Source: Nitrosospira multiformis ATCC 25196
GTDB lineage: Bacteria; Pseudomonadota; Gammaproteobacteria; Burkholderiales; Nitrosomonadaceae
Direction: 5' to 3'
DNA length: 32,000 nt
Assembly: GCF_000196355.1 (NCBI RefSeq)
Contig: NC_007614.1
Span: 2,250,001 to 2,282,000, forward strand
In this document: positions 27,329 to 32,000 of the stretch, in pieces
Position numbering within the stretch: position 1 is the stretch's first letter
How the letters are laid out: every line of letters begins with the position of its first letter
Position numbers and translations under genes: made by a program
Notes under the pieces: model-generated
What the model was told of the DNA's origin: nothing
The model's input: only the letters and a program-made list of their open reading frames with translations
Databases searched by the model: none

Positions 27329-27817
27329 TTGAAAAAGATTTTGGCTGTTTTTACTGCTCTGCTGGCTTTTATAGCCGCTACTGCCATCGCCAGTGAAATC
27401 GATAAACGTCAAGTCCTCACGCTGAATGAGCCTCAGCGCGATCACATATTAAAGGAAATGCGCGCCCTGCTATCAGGAACTCAGCGCATTCTCGAGGCTC
27501 TGTCCAAGGAAGACATGGTGGCGGTAGCAGAGCATGCTCGTGCGCTGGGTATGGGTATGGCGCATAAGGGTGAAAATCATCTCCAATCGGTGCTGCCCAA
27601 GGAATTCATGCAGCTCGGCATGTCTGTGCACAAGGCGTTCGACGAAATCGCCGCTGATGCCGAGTCCCGGAAAGACCCCCGGCATACCTTGCGGCAATTG
27701 AGCGAATCGATGATGAAGTGTTCCACTTGCCATGTCACTTACCAGATTCGCGTCAGAGAGGAGTCAAATATTCCGTCAGGCGGTCCAGCGGCAGAACATT
27801 TTCACGACCACCATTAG
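27329..27817 (+). CDS. class II (four-helix-bundle, c'/c-556-like) cytochrome c, secreted, TTG start
   Basis: The signal peptide is MKKILAVFTALLAFIAATAIA. The body is predicted helical, with a single CxxCH (CSTCH) near the C-terminus as in class II cytochromes c. GGGAG lies 6 nt before the TTG at 27329, and there is no in-frame ATG that retains the signal peptide. Confidence 0.6.
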   Translation: MKKILAVFTALLAFIAATAIASEIDKRQVLTLNEPQRDHILKEMRALLSGTQRILEALSKEDMVAVAEHARALGMGMAHKGENHLQSVLPKEFMQLGMSVHKAFDEIAADAESRKDPRHTLRQLSESMMKCSTCHVTYQIRVREESNIPSGGPAAEHFHDHH

Positions 27818-28277
27818 CCCTGAGAAGCGCGGTGAACAAAACCTTCGTAGGCACCCCGGAGGATTATTCAGCAGTCCCAAGTTACTTTGCGATATCCTGC
27901 GCTGCAGTACACCCGCTCTTCATAATGAGGAGGCATCTTCGAGAATGGCAATATCTTCGAGAGGATTACTGCGGATGGCATGATATCGACGTAGCAGGAT
28001 TTTTCGGGGAGTCCAGCTTTGCCGGATAGTCCTCACGCTTCGATACAAACGAAGCGTTCAATTTGACCCCCTCCCATCAACGCAACCAGCGCCTCGAACT
28101 AGCATAGCAAACCAAGCGAGCTACGTAGAATTGGAACAGGCGACAGGAAAATTCGGTGAAGAAGCGGAAGTAACGAAATATCGAATGATGATCCGCGTTT
28201 TGCTTCACCCTATCCTTCATGAACAGGATAAACCTACCGTCCGACAGCAGGAAAGCGGTCGCCTCCGAATCCATCCG

Positions 28278-28311
28278 ATCGGGGGTAATAAGGAATCGGG
28301 GGTAATAAGGA
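28278..28311. repeat. perfect 17-nt tandem duplication (ATCGGGGGTAATAAGGA x2)
   Basis: I read this directly from the sequence: unit 1 is 28278-28294 and unit 2 is 28295-28311. Confidence 0.95.
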
Positions 28312-28933
28312 AAAAATAATCAGAATCAGAGCCGTATTCCAGCTTCAGAAGATACTGCTCCGATCCTGATTTGCTATTTATTATTATTGTCGTAGTTATT
28401 GTTATTACTGCCTCCCCTCCTCTGTATTTATCTATCACTCAGCTTCGAGAAATCTGCCGAGGACGAGGCGTATACTGCCCACTTCGCTTCTTGTCTCTCG
28501 TCGCCTGAAGTTGATCAGGCACTTGAAGCTATGGAGCAGGTTCAGTACGCCTGTTATTAAAAGGGAGCTAACAGTATAATAAGCAAATGCCGTGCCAGTT
28601 ATTTTAACATTTTAAAAACAATTGTTTATCCGTAACTCCCCTATTTAAAGGCGTACAAGTGTAAGAAATTCCGTCAAATAGTGGGTCCATCTGGCCATGC
28701 CGTCTGGCAAAATCGAAAAAAAACCGCAGCTTCCCTTCAAGCTTTCGCTGGAGACATTTCATTCATTTTCCCTTCCATGAACTTCGCCATTTCTCTTTCT
28801 GCTTCTGTTCGCCTCTCGCTTGCCCGAGAAGCCTGAATGCGTTTTACTAGGAGAATGGGTGGGATTGCAGTCGAACTGTTCAGCTATACTCTATAGGGAC
28901 AAGCTGTCCCACGAGGAATAAAGCAACCAATAC

Positions 28934-28975
28934 CGGGATAAGCTGACACCAAGAAGAGCGGAAAAGCTTATCCCG
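28934..28975. promoter_or_regulatory. 11-bp perfect inverted repeat upstream of the Mla-like operon
   Basis: CGGGATAAGCT (28934-28944) and AGCTTATCCCG (28965-28975) are separated by 20 nt. The repeat ends 24 nt before the GTG/ATG start at 28999/29002. A related palindrome, GGGACA-AGC-TGTCCC, lies at 28896-28910. Confidence 0.5.
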
Positions 28976-28998
28976 ACAAGCGTTTCCTGAGGATAATT

Positions 28999-30138
28999 GT
29001 GATGTCGGAGATTCAAGGCAGCAATTCACCCGTGGTATTGCGCCGCGTTACCGGCGCTGATGGAATTCCGCGCGTGATTGTTGAAGGGAACTGCACTCTC
29101 ACTGCTTTAGGTGAGCGGATTCGACCGATTGCTGCGGAGCTTTCCGAGTACGCTACCGCGCCGGAAATAAGGTGGGATCTTACACAGATAGCCCGGATGG
29201 ATGACGCAGGAGCTGTTCTCCTGTGGCGCGGCTGGGGTAATCAGCGACCCCGGTATCTGCTTGTAAGACCCGAGCATGAAAGGCTTTTCGATCGCCTGGA
29301 AGAAACGTGGACCCCTCCTTCTGAAGCAGCACCGGATCGGCTGTGGCCGATTATGGTACTGGGAAAGGCAGTTTTCCTCTTGTGGGAGCATCTGGTCGGC
29401 CTGGTGATTCTGATGGGCCAATTGGTGCTGGAAATAAAGTATCTGGCCGGCCGTCCCTCGCGCATACCATGGCGAGAAATTTCGGCGAATTTGTATCGGA
29501 CCGGGGCGCAGGCACTGGGTATCACGGCCCTGGTGGGATTTCTCATCGGTGTAGTATTGAGCTATCTGTCTTCCCGGCAATTGCAAATATTTGGAGCGCA
29601 TGTCTTCATCGTCAACATCCTGGGCATCAGCGTTATCCGGGAGCTTGGACCCATGCTTGCCGCTATCCTGGTTGCCGGCCGTTCCGGTTCATCGATGACC
29701 GCGCAACTGGGGGTGATGCGGGTAACCGAGGAACTGGATGCCCTGACAGTCATGGGTATTCCCCACAGTCTTAGGCTAATCCTGCCGAAAGTGATCGCCC
29801 TGGGTCTTGCGATGCCACTCGTTGTGCTGTGGACCAGCGCTGTTGCACTGATAGGAGGAATGACCGTTGCCGAGCTACAGCTTGGGTTGGGCTACAAGTT
29901 TTTTTTGAGCAGGCTTCCGGATGCCGTGGCTGTTTCCAACTTATGGCTGGGACTAGGCAAAGGGATTGTATGCGGAATGGCAATTGCCTTGATTTCTTGC
30001 CACTTCGGTTTGAGAATCAAATCAAATACGGAAAGCCTGGGCGAAGGTACAACGAACTCGGTCGTCACATCCATTACCGTGGTAATTATTATCGATGCAA
30101 TTTTTGCCGTGATCTTTTCGGATGTGGGATTAAGATAA
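28999..30138 (+). CDS. MlaE-family ABC transporter permease with N-terminal STAS/MlaB-like extension
   Basis: The C-terminal 250 aa or so are the MlaE/YrbE-type permease (ELGPMLAAILVAGRSGSSMTAQLGVMRVTEELDAL). About 110 N-terminal soluble residues precede the first TM helix. The start is GTG 28999 or ATG 29002, with a GAGGA SD. Confidence 0.85.
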   Translation: MMSEIQGSNSPVVLRRVTGADGIPRVIVEGNCTLTALGERIRPIAAELSEYATAPEIRWDLTQIARMDDAGAVLLWRGWGNQRPRYLLVRPEHERLFDRLEETWTPPSEAAPDRLWPIMVLGKAVFLLWEHLVGLVILMGQLVLEIKYLAGRPSRIPWREISANLYRTGAQALGITALVGFLIGVVLSYLSSRQLQIFGAHVFIVNILGISVIRELGPMLAAILVAGRSGSSMTAQLGVMRVTEELDALTVMGIPHSLRLILPKVIALGLAMPLVVLWTSAVALIGGMTVAELQLGLGYKFFLSRLPDAVAVSNLWLGLGKGIVCGMAIALISCHFGLRIKSNTESLGEGTTNSVVTSITVVIIIDAIFAVIFSDVGLR

Positions 30139-30150
30139 AGCGGGAGTCGC

Positions 30151-30930
30151 ATGCCGAAAAATAACTGCATTATCGAGGTGGAAGGGTTGTATACCCGGTT
30201 CGGCAATCACGTCGTGCATGAGAATATCGGACTTTGCGTACAGCGTGGAGAAGTATTGACGCTGGTCGGAGGCTCCGGTAGCGGAAAGACCGCGCTCATG
30301 CGGCAGATGCTCGGGCTTGAAACCCCCGCGCAAGGCACGGTGAAGGTTTTCGGAGAACCATTGCACGGCCGGAATCGCCAGCAGATACAGAACATGCGAA
30401 ACCGCTGCGGGGTATTGTTCCAGAAAGGCGCTCTGTTCAGCGCGTTGTCGGTCTATGACAATATTGCCTTGCCGATGCGTGAGCTGCGCACCCTGGACGA
30501 AGAGATGATTCGCGATCTCGTGATGCTCAAGCTTGAAATGGTGGAAATCGCGCCTGTCCATGCAAACAAGATGCCTGCCGAGCTTTCCGGGGGCATGATC
30601 AAACGCATCGCGTTGGCGCGGGCGATGGCGCTTAATCCGGAACTCCTGTTTCTGGACGAGCCAACGGCCGGGCTCGATCCAGAGCTCAGTGAGGGATTTG
30701 TCCGCCTTATCAAGACGATGCAATCCGAACTGACATTTACGATCATCATGGCGACTCACGACCTCGACACGCTGGTTGCGCTTTCCGATCGTGTCGCGGT
30801 GCTGGCGGACAAACATCTGGTGGCGTTGGGAACCGTGCGAGAGGTAATACACACTAAGCACGCTTTCATTTCCAATTTTTTCTGTGGCGTGCGCGGCAGG
30901 AAAACTTTGGAAAACAGCAGTATCTTATAG
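30151..30930 (+). CDS. MlaF-like ABC transporter ATP-binding protein
   Basis: Walker A GGSGSGKT, signature LSGGMIKRIALARA and Walker B LLFLDEPTAGLDP are present. Confidence 0.9.
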   Translation: MPKNNCIIEVEGLYTRFGNHVVHENIGLCVQRGEVLTLVGGSGSGKTALMRQMLGLETPAQGTVKVFGEPLHGRNRQQIQNMRNRCGVLFQKGALFSALSVYDNIALPMRELRTLDEEMIRDLVMLKLEMVEIAPVHANKMPAELSGGMIKRIALARAMALNPELLFLDEPTAGLDPELSEGFVRLIKTMQSELTFTIIMATHDLDTLVALSDRVAVLADKHLVALGTVREVIHTKHAFISNFFCGVRGRKTLENSSIL

Positions 30931-30939
30931 GGGGCGATT

Positions 30940-31845
30940 ATGGAAAACCGGGCCCACGCCCTTGCGGCTGGTTTATTCGTAATTATTCTGGGTACAGCGC
31001 TGGTGGCTGCCGTCCTGTGGTTCGGCGGGGACACCATGATGCGCAATAAATACATGCTCGTGTCGGAGATGCCGGTCTCAGGCCTGAATTCTCAGGCAAT
31101 AGTACGTTACCGGGGCGTAACGGTCGGAAAAGTCGAGAACATCAAGCTGGATAAAGAGGATCCGCATAAGATTCTGATTCAGATCGCAGTGGACAAGAAC
31201 GTGCCTTTAACCCGGAATGCATTTGCCCAACTGGGCTATCAGGGTTTGACGGGCCTGGCATACGTGCAGTTGAATGATGAGGACGGGGAAACCGAACAAC
31301 TGGAAACTGATTCGGATGAACCCCCTCAAATTCCCCTGCGCCCCTCATTATTCGACAGCATCACCAGTTCGGGCCAGCACCTGCTCGGTACTGCCAGCGT
31401 ATTGATCGAGAGAATGAATCTCCTCCTCGAAGATGAGAATCGGACCCGATTCATGCATATACTGGAAAATACGGAAAAGGCGACGGGACGCCTCTCCAGG
31501 GTTCTCAACCAGCTGGAGCCGGGGCTCAAAGCAATCCCGGGGCTGGCTGCCGATGCAAGTTCGGTGATGAAAAATGCTGACCAGCTTGTGGTCGACCTCA
31601 ACCAGATCACATCGAGGCTGAACCGGCAGGGAGGAGCCATCGACGGCCTTTCCGTAGCCACCGTAGAGCTGGGCGAAACCATGCGGTCATTGCGGGAAGC
31701 AACGGAAGGGATCAAAAATACCACCCGCAGTGTCGACCGAGTGCTACTCCAACTGGAAGATCAACCGACAAGTCTGCTGTTTGGCCGTCCTCCCCCGCCG
31801 CCGGGTCCCGGTGAGACAGGTTTTGTACCGCCAGGAAGTAGATGA
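30940..31845 (+). CDS. MlaD-like MCE-domain substrate-binding protein
   Basis: An N-terminal TM anchor (HALAAGLFVIILGTALVAAVLWF) is followed by an MCE domain (VSGLNSQAIVRYRGVTVGKVENIKLD), a helical region and a Pro-rich tail. Confidence 0.88.
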   Translation: MENRAHALAAGLFVIILGTALVAAVLWFGGDTMMRNKYMLVSEMPVSGLNSQAIVRYRGVTVGKVENIKLDKEDPHKILIQIAVDKNVPLTRNAFAQLGYQGLTGLAYVQLNDEDGETEQLETDSDEPPQIPLRPSLFDSITSSGQHLLGTASVLIERMNLLLEDENRTRFMHILENTEKATGRLSRVLNQLEPGLKAIPGLAADASSVMKNADQLVVDLNQITSRLNRQGGAIDGLSVATVELGETMRSLREATEGIKNTTRSVDRVLLQLEDQPTSLLFGRPPPPPGPGETGFVPPGSR

Positions 31846-31846
31846 G

Positions 31847-32000
31847 ATGAAAAAATACCTTGTTCTTGCAGTGGCAATCGCAGCGCTGACGGCGTGCGCC
31901 GCTATTCGTAATCCAGCACCGGTAGCGGTATATGATTTTGGATTACAGCCCCTCCCTGTCGAGCCCAGTGCGGCTGAGACGGGGGGAAACAGGCAATTGC
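31847..32000 (+). CDS. lipoprotein, probable ABC-transport auxiliary component (COG3218/DUF330-like), 3' end cut by window edge
   Basis: I translated this by hand: MKKYLVLAVAIAALTACAAIRNPAPVAVYDFGLQPLPVEPS... The lipobox is LTAC. The ATG at 31847 lies 1 nt after the MCE gene stop. The family call rests mainly on operon context. Confidence 0.55.
   Translation, partial: MKKYLVLAVAIAALTACAAIRNPAPVAVYDFGLQPLPVEPSAAETGGNRQL

Noticed and set aside
28370-28410. ATT/GTT-rich repetitive run (tttattattattgtcgtagttattgttattactg), considered as a possible CRISPR or microsatellite
   Set aside because: It is a low-complexity trinucleotide-like drift, not a spaced repeat array. There is no repeat-spacer periodicity and no cas genes nearby.
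28699-28707. GCCGTCTGG, reminiscent of the Neisseria DNA uptake sequence GCCGTCTGAA
   Set aside because: This is a single, imperfect copy, and I noticed no other copies in 32 kb. An uptake sequence would be expected to recur, often as inverted pairs in terminators.
28396-28836. Short plus-strand ORFs in the gene-free region: 28399-28560 (TTG start, LLLLPPLLCIYLSLSFEKSAEDEAY...QYACY) and 28681-28836 (GTG start, 51 codons)
   Set aside because: Both have non-ATG starts without an SD and no recognisable family. They could easily arise by chance, so I kept them only as part of the general description of the region.
30130-30861. 243-aa minus-strand ORF antisense to the MlaF-like ATPase
   Set aside because: This is the well-known shadow ORF on the complement of ABC ATPase genes. 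The plus-strand frame carries all the Walker and signature motifs.

Overview
The window reads as mostly core chromosome of a proteobacterium of moderate GC. Gene content and synteny (dcd-apbC, bamD/rluD/pgeF, thyA-folA, tesA/ybbA) look betaproteobacterial, possibly Nitrosomonadales, but that is inference only. All protein calls rest on motif and family recognition by eye; no searches were run. I can support 28 protein-coding genes (2 cut by the window edges), one tRNA-Arg(ACG), one decayed integrase fragment, and a few terminators, promoters and repeats. I found no CRISPR array, rRNA, intact IS or transposase, or complete recognisable defence or toxin system. Gene order from left to right: GGDEF/EAL (partial), aroC, an MDR quinone oxidoreductase, an ADP-ribosylglycohydrolase-fold protein, an M17 aminopeptidase, thyA-folA, an alanine-racemase-fold ornithine decarboxylase, dcd, apbC/mrp and tRNA-Arg. 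An accessory-looking block follows: integrase remnant, TetR, DUF4242, a secreted TPR protein and an MFP+RND efflux pair. After that come a ybbA-like ABC ATPase, tesA-like, usp, bamD, rluD, pgeF, a ZIP transporter, rimO, a class II cytochrome c, a 1.18-kb gene-free stretch, and a 4-gene Mla/MCE-like transporter. The five things most worth a second look: (1) A 21-codon upstream ORF with a strong SD lies 25 nt ahead of the ornithine decarboxylase, behind a promoter embedded in a perfect palindrome. This is a candidate leader-peptide or operator control module. (2) The 1.18-kb AT-rich non-coding stretch at 27818-28998 contains a 17-nt tandem duplication that splits an ORF, plus repeated GGGAYAAGCT half-sites. 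(3) The ADP-ribosylglycohydrolase-fold protein has both canonical metal-binding Asp motifs substituted. (4) A tRNA-Arg-linked integrase remnant starts an accessory block that ends exactly where the ybbA partner permease would be expected. (5) Two divergent gene pairs have annotated start codons that overlap on a CATG. None of these is proven, and I did not find a clear-cut novel multi-gene system.
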